From contig JBODTK010000159.1 in the NCBI GenBank assembly GCA_050613775.1, positions 62,001 through 126,000 on the forward strand: 64,000 nucleotides of DNA, in the 5' to 3' direction. Source of the stretch: Neocallimastix sp. 'constans'. Taxonomy: Eukaryota. This document shows positions 1 through 15,060 of the stretch, one piece after another. The notes under the pieces are model-generated. The model worked only from the letters and a program-made list of their open reading frames with translations. It was not told where the DNA came from and made no database searches. Every line of letters starts with the position of its first letter. Position 1 is the first letter of the stretch. A program made the translations under genes and the position numbers.

Positions 1-65
1 TATAATTTCAGAAAAAAAATATAAAAAAATAAAAAAAATAAAAAAAAAAAAAAATAAAATGCTAT

Positions 66-189
<124 letters not shown>

Positions 190-190
190 T

Positions 191-758
191 TTTGTATCTT
201 AAATTTATGATTAACATTGTGAAGTCAAAATTAATTATTATACTTCAGTATAATAATGCCCTTGTGAAGTCTTTTGATGATAATATCAATTTTTACGTGC
301 TGTGTCTCCTTCTTGGCGGAAATGCAGTATTTGAAATCTTAAAGATCGGCTCGGGGGAAAGAAGGCGATATATTAATAATATTTTTCAATCACCTTCGAA
401 CGAGTCTTCTTTCCCGATTTCATATTTTGTGGGGCTTGCGGAATTCCTTACTAACGTTATGCCTATTGTGATTGGTGATTTTTACACCATGATCGATTTG
501 TATAGTGTTAGGCCTACCGTTGTCAAGAGCGTCGACGTCGTAACGATAAGGCAAAGAAGAAATTCTGATACAGATTCGAATGATAATTTTCATCCACATG
601 GAGTTATCTTCGATGAATGGGAAGAGTTAGAGGCCTTTTCGTCCTCGAATCTCATAACGTAGTTTTTTAATATTAATATAAAATAAAAAATTTCATGTAT
701 TTAAACTTCATGTATTTTTTAAAAAAAAAAAATATTATTAAATAAAGTTTATTCCTAG

Positions 759-800
<42 letters not shown>
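191..800 (+). mobile_element. 5'-truncated LINE 3' end (ORF2 C-terminus, 3' UTR, poly-A)
   Basis: ORF 192..662 (LLLGG..YFVGLAEFLT..KSVDV..DEWEELEA) is homologous to the C-terminus of the LINE ORF at 31225..32757. It is followed by AATAAA..AGTCT and an A-tract at 762-800. Confidence 0.9.
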
Positions 801-804
<4 letters not shown>

Positions 805-985
805 GTGAAGTCTTACAAATATTAATTAAATGAAACTAGAATATATTATACCATTATTTTATTTTATTTTGTGTTTTATTTTTTGTTTATTTTTTTATCT
901 TTTTTTTTTTTATTTTATTACATGTAATTTATCAAATATTTAATCAATAAAGATGAAACAAGTTTGCTGCCGTTAAAAAAAAAAA

Positions 986-1063
<78 letters not shown>

Positions 1064-1098
1064 TTTTGTTTTATTTTATTTTATTTTATTTTATTTTA

Positions 1099-1468
1099 TG
1101 GAGCGTCAACGCTGAAAATGCAGTAAGACAGGCTATCAGGGTCAATGCCTCTGAGGGAAAAGACCATAATTCTTTCAGATAGTCAATTCAAACCCTAATC
1201 CATAAGGAGGTGAGGTTCGTTGCATATGAACTTTTTTTCTGAACTTATTTATACACTTTTTTTTGATTATTACTTTTTATTTCACGTTACTTTTTCATTT
1301 ATTATTATGTTCAAATTGGATAAATAATATTTATTTATTTTAGTAATTCTGTGTTTTTTTATTTTTTATTAAAATTAAAAGTATTCATGTATTTTATATA
1401 AGAATAAATAAATAAAGATTAAAGTTCGCAATAATTGCGGCTTTAAAAAAAAGAAAAAAAAAAAAAAA
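1099..1468 (+). mobile_element. Non-autonomous LINE derivative (putative ORF1 3' end, first ~40 nt of ORF2, own 3' tail, poly-A); HAL1-like
   Basis: Homologous to the reverse complement of 45123-45500. Shares GAGGTTYRTTRCATATGAACTTTTT with the ORF2 start at 28992-29017. Ends AAGTTCGCAATAATTGCGGCT plus an A-tract. Confidence 0.7.
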
Positions 1469-1920
1469 TTTATTTTATTCCATCTGTGTTAATTCTTGGT
1501 GGAACTTTAGCTTTAAATGAGCTACATTTCGATAGTGGGGAACAGAGACAATTAAATGAACTACTTTTCAAAGATTCATCTGAGTCACCTGTTCCAAAAA
1601 TTGTGGGCTTGACGGAATTCTTAACTAGCGCAATACCTATCATAAGCAGTTCGTTTGAGCTATTATTTGATAGGTATTCCAAATTACCAAACTTAACTAA
1701 GAGCGTCGATGTCGTACTGATAAGGCATAATGATAATACAGGATCATCATCTCTTTCTAAGAAGGGTGAATCTCGCCCTAGTAGTTCAATAAATGATGGA
1801 TCCGAGGAGAGTTTAGTGGATACCACACTATCTATTTTAAAGATGTTCCTTTTAGGTTTTATTTCTTTTTTATTTGTTAGGAAAGGAAAAATTCCCGCAT
1901 AGTACAACTTGCCGAAATAC
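1469..1920 (+). mobile_element. LINE ORF2 C-terminal fragment, divergent subfamily
   Basis: ORF 1486..1902 (LILGG..GEQRQL..VGLTEFLT..KSVDV) matches the LINE C-terminus. Its 3' part resembles 16761-16808. Confidence 0.8.
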
Positions 1921-2026
1921 ATAGTATTTTTGAGCTTTTTTTATTTTTTTTTATTTTTTTTTTTAACTTTTTTTTTTATTATTTTTAATTACAAATGTAC
2001 TTTTTACCTACATGTATTTTTTATAA

Positions 2027-3600
2027 TGAAAATTTTGAATAAGGTTCATGAATGGGCTATTAAAAATGAAATGACTTTTGGAATTAATAATTGTGCTACC
2101 ATTGTTGTAAAGCCAATTAACTTTGTTAAACCCATAAATTATGCTTTCTTTATTGATAGTGACAAATTACCTAAAACTGACAACTATACTTATCTTGGTA
2201 TTCCTTTTGATGAATGTTTATCATTGAAACTTATACAATCCAAATTAAACAGTAATTTAAATGTCAAATTAAATTCGTACTTTCGATTTCTTATTAATAA
2301 ATCTATTCCTCTCCCATTGAAGAAATATGTTTTAATTTCGTTTATTCTTAGTCTTGTTATATATTATGCTCCTCTCTTTGGTTCAAATAAGAGCAGATGT
2401 TCTAAAGCTCAAAAAATTATTAATAGAGGACTTTACTGGAGTTACGGATTTAAATCTCGCAATTCTTCTGTTAGTCTCTATGATATTACTCGTGAATTGA
2501 GAATACCTCCTCTTTCAGCTATCTATGCAATATCTCAATTACGATGCTTTAGAAAATGGAAAAATTCATCATGTATTATTAATCATCTCATTAATAATAC
2601 TCCTAGTATGTCACTTTACTCATGTACTAAAGAATCAAGGACTTTGGATAAGAAATTAAATGGTAAGAAAATAAGTGAAATAAAAAAGGTTTTATTGGGA
2701 AAGAGACGTCTTCAAACTCTCAAAAGCTAAAAAAAAGTAATTATTTACAAGGAGAATGATTTTGGATTTATTTCAGAAATCAGAAACATAACATTTCAAT
2801 ATCCTAAGTATCAGTTGGGATTCTTTTGGATTTCTCGAATTAGGTGTGGTTTTAAATTTGACATTAGGATTTCCATTAAAATAAAAATAGTCTCAGAAGA
2901 TTGCCCTAAATGTTGCCTTTGTTGTGGTGTTAGTGTACCTCGCTTTTCTCACTGGATCTTTGCCTGTATAGAATTGGAAAATTACAGAAATAAATCTTTA
3001 CCTTTTCTAGATGATCTCTTTTTGAAGTCTACAATGATAATTGAACAAAAATCCTTGGATGTTTCTTTAGATTCAGAAAAGGATTATGATAATAATATTT
3101 ATTACTTTATATTGAGTGCTCTTCTTGGCGGGCGTTCAATATATTCAAAAATTAAAATTAATGATGGGGAGCAAAGACAATTAGTTGACAATATTTTTAA
3201 GCAAAGTTCAACTTCGTCGACTCTTCCGTATTTTGTGGGGATTGCGGACTTTCTAACAAAGGTAATACCATTGATTTGTCGATCTTTTTAGATTGATGAT
3301 GAAATGGTATTCCGTTGAATCTATTGAATCAACCGTTGCTAAGAGCACCAACGTCGAAATGAAAAAGCATGGATTTTCACCTCTCAGTGAAAGATCGGAT
3401 ACAGATTCGATTGATAACACTAATACTGAAATTATTTACTTGCAATAATGGATACGATGTTATCATCGATGAATAGGAAAATTTAGAAACTATTGCTTCA
3501 AATGCACTTTTATAATTATATAATATATAATATTTTCATTTCATAAATTTTATTTTTTATTTTCTTTTTCATTTAAATAATGTAATTTTATTATTACATT
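2027..3600 (+). pseudogene. LINE ORF2 C-terminal half (post-RT region and Cys-rich knuckle), frameshifted copy of the 29-33 kb element
   Basis: ORFs 1909..2730 and 2815..3291 are nearly identical in protein to 31225..32757 (KILNKVHEWAIKNEMTFGIN..CPKCC..HWIFAC), with indels and stops. Confidence 0.92.
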
Positions 3601-3609
3601 TATTGTGTC

Positions 3610-5474
3610 CTCAAAGGTAAAACATATATAAAATATAAACAAATTAAGCGTTATAAATCTGCATGTGATTCCAACGAATATGCTAAAATTGTAGATTGAC
3701 TCGTATAATAGACTATGTAAATCAATTCATAAAAAATATAACCAATATAGGAAAAAAAGGAAAATTTATATTGGATTAAAATTAGAAATTAGGAAAACAT
3801 GGAAATGGGTAAAAAAGAATACAAAAATAAATAATCAATCTTTCACGGTCTCTCATCCTATTAAAAAAAAAATAACAATGAACTAGTTTCTTCTACAGAT
3901 GAAAAATTAAAAGCTTGACATTCTCATTATAAATTCTTAGGGTTGGATTCTTCAGGTCATAGTCTTTCTAAAGATTTCTGGAAAGATTCTGATGCACTTA
4001 GGAATTCGGGAAGTCCAAGGCAACAAGAATGGAAAATTAACCAAAATATTAAAGATGAAGAAATTAATGAAGCGGTCTCATCTACCCCTAACTTTAAAGC
4101 TTGTGGTTCAGATGGTATTCCAATGCAATTCTTCAAAGCTTTGATTCCTGGTAAAGATGTTTCAGAAGAATCAAGTGATAATAATAGTATTATTTCATCT
4201 GGCTTTAAATGTCTCAAAGCCTTAATCAACCGTATTTAGAATAATGATTTTCCAAAATCATGGAATAACACATCGATAGTTTCTATCTATAAAAAGGACA
4301 ATCCATCAGATGGTAATAACTATTGTGGCATTCTCTCTTATTAATAATGGATTAAAAATTATAGTAAAAAAATCATCATTAATAGAATCTCTAAATATGG
4401 AATTGATATAGGATTTATTAGACCAGAACAATATGAATTTCGTAATCGAGAAGAATGTATAAGTCTTTACACTTCATTAAGAATAATATGTCAGAGATGA
4501 AAATTTGAATGTAAAGATACTAACCTTTTCTTTTTTTGGACCTCAAAAAGGCATATGACTCTATTCTCAGATATAATGAAAAATGAAAATTCATCACTTA
4601 GGTATTAGAAGTTAAGTGTTATAAATTTATTGAAAATTTATACTTATCTTCCAAGACTTATGCAAGGGTCGATGGACAATTATCAGAATCATTTAGTATT
4701 AAGAAAGGTGTTTGTCAAAGTTGTCCCCTCTCACCAATTTTTTTTTAAGTTGTTCATTGATGACATTTTTAATAAATGTGATAAATATGGAATCTTTATT
4801 GGTGATAAACTTTGTTGTGGAGGTCTCTTTGCAGATGACAATGTGTTATGTACTCCAACAAGATCTCAACTTAAGAAATTGTTAAAGTTAACCAGTAAAT
4901 GGGCTAGAAATTAATTAAATGCAATTTGGTATCAATAAATGTGCCAGTTTAGTAGCACGAGGGGAAGCTTCAAGATTTCTTAATAATAGTAACCCTACCT
5001 TTTATCTTTCAAGTCAAGAGTTACCTAAAACGAATTGCTATATCTACTTAGGTGTACCGTTTTTTCAAATAATTTAGAATTGAAACCAATTATACAGAGA
5101 ATGAATAATAATCTTAGAAAAGCACTCTATTCCATAAAAAGATTTCTTAAGAATCCTCATATTACCATCCCTTATAATTTTCAATATATTGTAGTTGAGT
5201 TCCCAAGGTGTCTTTATATCATCTATTTTTTTATTTAATATATTTATCAAGGACATATTGGATAAATGCAAGAGATATGGTGTGATTATTAAAAGAAAAA
5301 AAATGTTGTGGTGGCCTCTTTACTGATGCTATTGTTTTGTTAGCCCTAAAAAGATGCTCTCTTAAAAAAAAACCTTTTAAATTAAAGCTCATGATTGGGG
5401 TATCAAAAATGAAATGACCTTTGGAATTAGTAAATGCACTTCACTTGTTCTTGTTTAACCAAAACAAAACAAAA

Positions 5475-5516
<42 letters not shown>

Positions 5517-6208
5517 TTATGCCATTAACTATGAAAATTCAACATTTAAGCTTGGCATGAACCGTCTTACCAAGCACTAATCAATATTCATATCTTGAAA
5601 TATCTTTCAATGAATCATTGGATTACGAGCTTATTATTGCTAAGATATATCACAAAATAAAACTATACAGTTAACTCTTTTTTTTAGATTTCTAACCAAT
5701 AGAAACATACCTTTCTACTTTAAAACTCGTATTCTAATTTCCTTTATCCTTAATTCAATTTCTTTTACAATGTTACCTTTACAAAGGTCTTATTAATAGA
5801 ATACTGAAAATGCTCAAACCGCTTTTAATTGAGGTTTGTTTTGGAGTTTTTTGGGCTTTAAAAAAAAAAAAATAAACATAAAAAAATAAAACCTCCAATA
5901 CCACTATTTGTAATATATCTAAAGGAACAATTTATACTTCCAAGGGCTAGTTTTTTTTTGTAAAGGCAATAATTCAATATTTTAAAAAGTAGAAAGTGTC
6001 TTCTTGTATCATTTCTCATTTAGTCAAAAAATATTTTTAGAGATAGACATCTCTCTCTAAAATATTCATAATATTCTTTTGGATTTTTTTTTTTTTATAT
6101 AATATTTTATTTTATTTTATTTTCATGCTTTTTTTTTAAATAAATATTATAAAATAAAATTTATTCTTTCGTCCAAAATAAAAATAAAAAATAAAAATAA
6201 AAATAAAA

Positions 6209-6243
<35 letters not shown>
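3610..6243 (+). pseudogene. Degenerate LINE reverse-transcriptase fragments (at least two subfamilies) ending in a poly-A tail
   Basis: Remnant motifs KACGSDGIP, DLKKAYD (~4539), GGLFADD (~4820), a second GGLF (~5310) and NEMTFGI. Many stops and frameshifts. AATAAA..GTCC plus A-rich tail at 6153-6243. Confidence 0.85.
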
Positions 6244-6245
<2 letters not shown>

Positions 6246-6311
6246 ATTCTTATTTTAAAAAAACTTTCTCATGAACAATCAAAGTTCCTTTTTTCATCAT
6301 TTATTTATTTC

Positions 6312-6432
<121 letters not shown>

Positions 6433-6855
6433 TTTTAATAGATACTTCTTTTTTTTTTTTAGTTATTAGTCATATATTGTCAGTAAAACTTCTCTTGTTA
6501 TGTAACAAATATAAAATAATAAAAAAAAAAAAAAATAGTAATATGTGAAATATTAACGATTTATTTAATATCAAATAATATCATAATACTATTAATAATA
6601 TATATATATATATATATAATAAATCAAAAAATATTTTATCTTATAGATTTTATACTATTAAAAAAATAAAAAAAAAAAAAAAAACACATTTTTATAATAC
6701 TTTTGTAATATCTAAGAGCCTTCATATTTCTCTCCTAGTTATAGTTTCTCCACCTTTTCTTACAAAGTCAAACGATCATAAATATTTTAAAGCCTAATAG
6801 CCTTTATAAAAGATTATTATATTAATAAATATTATTGAACTAAAAAAATCTCGCA

Positions 6856-6901
<46 letters not shown>

Positions 6902-7147
6902 CATATTGATATAATATAATATATTTTAATCTGATATTGTAACAAAAATATAAAAATATTAAAAAGAAAATTAATTACAATAAAATCAGAGGTCATCCAT
7001 ATCAAAAAAAAAAGAAAATTATTTAATTTTTATAAAATACTCTAAATTTAATTAGGAGAATTTCATCAACAAAAATGACATAGAATTGTTGAAAATTTCC
7101 CTTACTTCTTCCCCTTTAATAAAAATAAAAAAGCTGATTATTTTATA

Positions 7148-7197
<50 letters not shown>

Positions 7198-7436
7198 AGA
7201 GAGATGAATTACAATTTAACTCAACGTCTATGTACAATAAAACATTTAAAGAAAAAACATCCTAACCAAGAGAGTTGAAAGAATTTGTATCTAAAAAATA
7301 TCATGCTTTTTGGAATGTATGTGAAGAATTTGCTTTAAGCAAATTTCCTACAGATAAAGTAAATTTAATATGTATTTTAATTATATATATAAATATAATA
7401 TTCAGAACACTTTCACTCTAAATAATTCAATCATAA

Positions 7437-7510
<74 letters not shown>

Positions 7511-8580
7511 TAACATATCTTAGTACAATAGAAAAAAAAATAAAAAATAAAAAAATGAAAAACTTAATTCAATTTTATCTGGTATCAAATGTTATTTGAA
7601 TTAATCCATAAATACTTCTCTCTTAAACTATTTTTTTTATGATACAGTTAAAAATACTTCTCTCTTAAACTATTTTTTTTTTAATGATATAGTTAAAAAA
7701 AAAAAAAACTACCACAAAGTAAATCAATGTCATACTAACAAGAAAAAAGACAAAAAAAAAAAAAAAAAAACTTCTATACCTAGAAATAATCCTTCTAATT
7801 TATTAAACATCAATAATAATAGTCCTAATTCAAACAACGATTCACCCAAAATGGAATTGTAATATATTTTTGGTCTTAGAGAGAGAGAAAAATTAATGGC
7901 TACCATATAATTTTATTTAAAGATATTTTTTCTTCTTTTTTTATTTTAAAAGATTACAATAAAAGGATAAATGATTTCAATATATAACATTTAAATAACA
8001 AATACCGTTGCTTGAATATGTATTTATTTACTTATTTTTGTTAAAATAACAATTAAATATTAAATATTAAATATTAATAAATATTCTGAATAATAATTAA
8101 TATTCTTAATATTTCAAATTATGTTTTTATATCTATCCAAATGATTAATAAATTCTTTACTTTTACATTTTTACTGCTGGATATTTCAAATTCATTTAAA
8201 TTATACAAAAATAATTCCAATATTTAATGTTTTTTTTTTAATATTTAAAAAAAAAAAAGTATTAAAGCTATACTTATAATTAGTTTACTATTACATTATT
8301 ATTACAATGTCAATAACTCTATATTGAATTTGAAGAAAAAAAAATATATATATACTAATAAAGTACAACATTCAAACAAATAAATTACTTCAAAATAAAG
8401 AAAAAAATAATATGAAAGAATAATTTAATTTTTTTTTTAATTTTTAATTTATATTACTGATTAACCAATCAAATTATAATAATCAATTTATTAAATCCTT
8501 TAATTGAAAATAAAAAATATATTATATTATGACATTATGTATCATTTATTTATTTAAGGTATCATTTATTTGTTTAATAT

Positions 8581-8615
<35 letters not shown>

Positions 8616-10523
8616 TTATTAATTATTTTTTTTTATTTATTATTTATTTTATTATTTATTAATAAATACTCTTAATATTTTTTTTGCATTTAATTATTCA
8701 ATTATTTATTATTTACTTATTTATTTTATTTTTTATTAATAAATACTCTTTATATTTTTTTTATTATTCAATTATTTTTTTTTCTTATATTTCTTTTTAT
8801 TTTTTTTTTTTATTTTATAATTATTTTCAAAATCTTTTTTTTTTTCTTCTTCTTAAATAGAGTTAATATATTATATAATATATTAAATATATATAATTAT
8901 TATAATATATAATTGAACAAATTTAATTTTGACTCAACATATATATAAATAAATAAATTTTCATTTTAATATAGGATAAAGTTTGACTAAATTTTTAATT
9001 TGGACAAACTTTGATATATAGAAACAATTAACTAATATTATATGAATAATATATTATGGTATGAAATGCATTATACACCAAAAATGAATACAAATTAATG
9101 GAATATAACATTTAATAATTTTAATTTTTTATATTTTTCTAATTAAATGAATGAAAGTATCATAAAAACGTTGTACAAAAAAGAAAACGTCATTTTATAT
9201 TCCCAAATAAAGAATTTTTAAAAAAAAAAAAAAAATTAATAAATAATTAATAAAAGATAATTAATAATTCAAATAATAATAAACATTAAATATTTAATAA
9301 ATAATGATAAAAAGTCCATCTTTTTTTATTAAAAAATATATATATATAATTAAATATATTTTGTTTATTTAAATTATATAATTGATAATCTTATATATAT
9401 AAATAAATATTATATAATATTTTTATATCTATCCATTTATTTCTTTATTTATTTATTTATTTATTTACATACTTATTTATCTGTTTATTTATTATTTATT
9501 TATTTATTTAAATTTTAATTTTAATTTTTCATCCACTAATTAATTATACAAAACTATATACTTTTAAATTATTCAAAGAATATATATTATTTAATATATA
9601 TTAATTTTTTATATTTATTTTATACATATATATATATATATTTTTTTTTTTTGTATAAATTGTACCATTAAATAATTAAATAATTAGATAGTTTAATTTA
9701 TGAAAATATATGTAACAATCAATTCACAATATATTATTTTAATTAATATATTTATTAATATAAATTTTTAAATTATCGAAAAGAAAATAGAAAATAGATT
9801 CATAAAAGAGAAAGAGGAAAAAAAAAATTTATTTTTTTCTTTTCTTTCTTTAAAAAAAAAAATTAAAATAAAAAAAAGAAAAAAATAAAATTAATTTAGA
9901 ATTATGTATATAAATTTACGTTTTCAATTAAAAAAAATATTAGGAAAAAATATTATAAAGTAGATAAATAAAATAAGTAAAAGAAAAAAGACTATTTTTG
10001 CTTTAATTGAAAAGAAATAATTTAATTACATTATTTTAAATAAAAATAAAATAGAATAAAATTATTAATTTAAATTGATTTGATTTGATAATAATTAATT
10101 TATTGATACTTTTATTAGTCTTCCTTTATATAAGTTTTTTATATATATTAAGAAGAAATTTTTATAAAAACTTAAAATTGAATATAATTGTTTTTATTAT
10201 TAAATTTTCATAATATATAAAAAAAAAATTTTTTATAAATATATATAAAAAGAAAAATTTTTAATAAATTGAAGTCTAAAATAAAATAAAGTAAAATAAA
10301 ATAAAATAAAAAATAAGGTAATATTAAATATAATTTAAATTTAAAAATTAATTCATTAAATTAATTTATATTCATTCTTTATTTAAAAAAATATAATAGA
10401 AAAAAAAAGGAATATTCCTTACAAAATAAAAAAAATAATAATAATAATTAATAATTAAATATATATAAAGTATATAATATTAACAATAACAAATTAATAC
10501 TTATTTATCGGTATAAATTCAAA

Positions 10524-12991
10524 ATGCCAAGTAAGAATATTTAAAAATTTCAATAATTATAATATATGTTGGTGTTATTAATTTAATTTATTTATTAATA
10601 TTATAATTATTTATAAATATAGAATTAGACGAAGTACAAAATGAATACGATGGAGACAATAACTATGAAAGTAAATATTAAAATATTATATTTTAAATTT
10701 ATTAATTTAAAAATATTGTGTATTAAATGTTTATAAATATATTTATAAATATAAAGTTGTTAAAGATATAATTGAATCTTGTACTAATGCTACTGCCAAA
10801 CAAGATGACAAAGAAGAAACTTTAAAAGGTAATATATATTACTAAAAATAATAAATAAATAGTAGGGAAAAAATTAATAATCAATTATATAATAAACAAA
10901 AAAATAATAAAAAAAGATTTGGAAGATTCACTTTCAATATTACACCACAAAATTTGCGAAATTGGTAAGTTGTATTATTATAAAATTTTAATAGAAAGGT
11001 TGTGAATGTATTTTGTTAATATTAAAATATTAAATAATTAATATTTTAATAAATAGATGCTTCAAATGACAAATCAGAAAATAATATAAATGAAAGTATT
11101 AATAATAATACAAAAAATCATGATAATGAAAGTTATACTGAATCAGACGAAATTCAACCAACCACTACTTCATCAAGATCTCTTCCACCGAAGATTCCTC
11201 AAACAAAAACTCCATCAGTTCTTCCAACAAATCTTCCACCAAAACACCCACCATTTGAAGAAAAAATGGATCAATCATCAGAACCCAATATAACAAAAAG
11301 AGAAGATAATTCTAATAAGTTAGAAACTCTAGATGATTTTAGAAATTTTATTGAAAAAATAGAAAAGAGTGCAAAAGAAGATTATAGAGATTATTATAAT
11401 AATAATTCAGAGGTTAATAAGAAATTAGAATATTATAAAACATTAGGCTGTCATCATAATAATCAAAAAAGTGAATTTGAAAACATAAAATCTAACGGAA
11501 ATCCTAACGATAGTCCAAAGTCAACAAATGGCACATTAAAAAATGGACTTATTTGCGGAGGAATTGGATTAATTGTTGTTTTAATTATTGTTTTATTAGT
11601 ATTAGTAAAAAAGGGAAAAAGAAATAAGAAAAATTCAGAAACTATTAATGTTACTTTACAAGCTGATGATGATGATGATATCAAAATTGTTCCTGTAAAG
11701 CCAAATAATATTCAAAAAACCACTTTGAAATCCGAACCAGTTCCTCTAAATAAACCTCATCAAGAAGTTTTATCTGATAATAAAGATAATTCAAATTCAT
11801 CTTTTGCATCATTAAATTCACAAAATATTAATCAATCAGCAAACACCAGTGTTGTAGCAACTAATGATATTATTAATAATAATAGTAATAGTTCTTTTAC
11901 CAGTTCACCAAAATTACAAAATGTTAATCCTATAAATGGTACTAAGATTTTAAATAATATTCGTTCTGACTCTCCAATGATGAGAAATGCTGTTCCGGAA
12001 TATGTTTCAAATGTAGTGCCATCACCACCGTTGCAATCTTCACAATTACCATCTGCGCCAATGGCAACTCCTCCAATGTACTCTCCACATATGCATTTTC
12101 AATCTATGCAATCTCCAGTAATTCAATCTCAGCCTACACCAATAAATTATAATAATATAAATAATAAAAATGAAAATAATTATACATATAGAAATTCACC
12201 CGTTTTAGAAAATTCTGTAAATGGAAATATTCCAGCTGACAATTACCAAAATAGTTACTCTGGTAATAATTCAGGATACCAAATTCCATCACCACCAATT
12301 GTACCTATTGCTAGCTCACTTGTATCTAATGAAAATTCTCGTAATTCCATTTCATCAGTTTCAACATTACAAAATAAAGGTAATGCTGAAGTTATACAAG
12401 AAACTAACAAAGGAACTCTACCAAGTTATATTGATACTATCTCCAAAAAAGTACAACCAAATGAGCATGTCTTTGTTGCCCAATATTATTACAATCCACA
12501 GTTTAATGATGAATTCCAAATTTCTCCAGGAGATGTTATCTCGTTTGGACAAGGTACATATGATGATGGTTGGGCACATGGTAAAAACCTTACTAAAGAT
12601 ACAACTGGTGTATTCCCATTAGGTGTTGTTATTAAGGTTGTCGATGTTAACGGTAATAATAGAGATCCTTATCAACTCAGTGAAAAATACAGATGTAAAC
12701 CAAGATCTAGTAGTCACACTGTAAAATATCAAGCCAGTACTAGTGAAAATGATCCAAAATGTAAGTTTTTTTTTTTTCTTTATTATTATTTTTTATTCAT
12801 TTATTTCTTTTTTATTTATAAAAAAGAATATTATTCAATATCAATAATTATACAATTAGTAATGATAATGATAGTGGTAATGATAAATATGAAAATTTAA
12901 TTTAAATATTAGATATTTATATAATATATATAAATATATTATATATATAACTAATTAAACAATATATATATAGTTATAATTAATTAAAATT

Positions 12992-13023
<32 letters not shown>

Positions 13024-13553
13024 GAAAGCTAATAAAAAATTATTTATCAATATTATATCATATTATATTATAATATAATTTTTTATTTAATCTAAACTGA
13101 AAATATTCTATACCTAATTTAATGTAACTATTTAACATAGTTGAAAAATCGTCACTTGACCTTAATTATTTATTAGGAAAACTAAATGTTGAAGAATACC
13201 TTTATCTTAATACTATTGAAAGAAAAAAACTAGAAAATAAATCTAACGCATTAAAATTAAATATTAATAATAACAATAATAATGTTTTAAATTTAAATCT
13301 TAATATTAATGTCACACCAAATGGTAATGTTGGTAGCATCACATTTAATCAAAATGCAGGTGAAAGTCCTAGTGGAAATGCTAATGATAGTAATAATGGA
13401 AATGTTAGTGGAAGCGGAAGTTCAAGTGGAAATAATAATGGAAATGCTGGTGCTAGTGGAAATGCAAGTGGTAGTAATAATGGAAGTGAAATTGCTAATG
13501 CTAGTGGAAGTGCAAATGGAAATACTAGTGGAAGTAGTAGCAGTAACGCTTAA
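10524..13553 (+). CDS. Single-pass membrane protein with cytoplasmic Pro/Ser-rich region, SH3 domain and Gly/Ser/Asn-rich tail (6 predicted exons)
   Basis: Exons ~10524-10530, 10623-10670, 10757-10828, 10917-10964, 11057-12760 and 13141-13553 splice in frame via phase-1 GT-AG introns. TM helix LICGGIGLIVVLIIVLLVLV followed by KKGKR. SH3 motifs VAQYYY..DEFQISPGD..DDGWAHG..GVFP. The true start is uncertain (no clear signal peptide). Confidence 0.8.
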
Positions 13554-13778
13554 AGCTCTAATTAATCTGTTAAATTCAAATTATTTCTTTATAATATATT
13601 TAGGATATATAATAAATTTTTATAACAAAACAAATATATATATATAAAAAGAAAGAAAGAAAAAGAATTAAATAAAATTATAAATTTATGAAAAATAATT
13701 AATGACCAAAATTTTATTTAATTTTTATCTTTTTTTTTTTTTTTATTTTTTTTTTCTATTTTTTATTTTATTTTTTTA

Positions 13779-13821
<43 letters not shown>

Positions 13822-14048
13822 ATAATTTTATATAATTGAAATATTATTAATATATTTAAAAAAAAAAAAATAATAATTGTTAATTATATATAAATCATAT
13901 ATCAACTCATGTATATACATACATTAATATATTTATGTATATAGTTGTTAAAATTAATATCACATATATAAAAAAATTTATTTTTTACTATTTAATTATT
14001 ATTGTATATCTAACTATTTTTATTAAAATAGATGGTATATTTAAATGG

Positions 14049-14098
<50 letters not shown>

Positions 14099-14367
14099 GA
14101 AAAATATAAAAATAAGAATAAAAATAAATATTTATATATATTTAAAATATCATTAAAAATATATATAATAATTAAAATAGCTATTAAGAAAAAGAATTAT
14201 AAATACGATTATATGTATATAATGATTATATATATAAAGGAAAAACAAAAAAGAAAAATATAATATTAATAAAATAATCAAGAATAAAATAAAAAAATAA
14301 AAATAAAAATAAAAAAAAAATAAAAATTAGAATAATATAAATAAATAATTGTAATAACCAAAAAAAA

Positions 14368-14403
<36 letters not shown>

Positions 14404-14644
14404 AATAAAGGAGAAAAAGAACACTAAAAGTTTAGGAGTACTTACAAAATAAATAAAATAAAATATAAATGATAATTAATACTTAATATATATAATTTAT
14501 ATATATAGTATTTTATTACTTTTAATTTTTACTTTTTTATTTTTTATTTTTTATTTTATTTTTTATTTTTTATTTTTTATTTTTATTTTTATTTTATTTT
14601 TGAAAGTTAATCAATTCATTTTAATTAATAAATGATTATTTTTT

Positions 14645-14892
14645 TTTTCTCTAGTTTTTTATCCAATAACATAAAGTGCAATTTACTTTTAAAGGTCTAT
14701 TATTCAACCATATATTATTGCAGATTCGATTGATAGCACTAATACTGAAATTATTATTCACAATAATGGACGTGGTGTTATCATCGATGAATAGGAAAAG
14801 TAAGAAACTATTGCTTCTAACGCACTTTTATAATTATATAATATTTTATTTCATGTATTTTATTTGTTATCTTTCATTTTTAAGTCATGTAA

Positions 14893-14941
<49 letters not shown>

Positions 14942-14947
14942 ATAATA

Positions 14948-14992
<45 letters not shown>

Positions 14993-15016
14993 AATTAAAT
15001 AAAGTTATTCTCTAAG

Positions 15017-15060
<44 letters not shown>

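Noticed and set aside
1189..1201. CAAACCCTAATCC as a telomerase template or telomeric seed (also 45394-45408)
   Set aside because: It is a single unit inside a LINE-derived coding-like segment (reads N-P-N-P), with no tandem telomeric array.
6980..7360. Possible Ty3/gypsy remnant (KEFVSKKYHAFWNVCEEFALSKFP)
   Set aside because: Only a vague resemblance to the pre-RT linker, with no RT or integrase motif nearby; too weak to call.
11090..13647. Alternate-frame and antisense ORFs overlapping real genes (11090, 11463, 12221, 13309; also 1470, 26422, 26600, 32370, 36974, 39688)
   Set aside because: They are shadow frames of the TM-SH3, nadB, LINE and bZIP coding sequences with no independent motifs.
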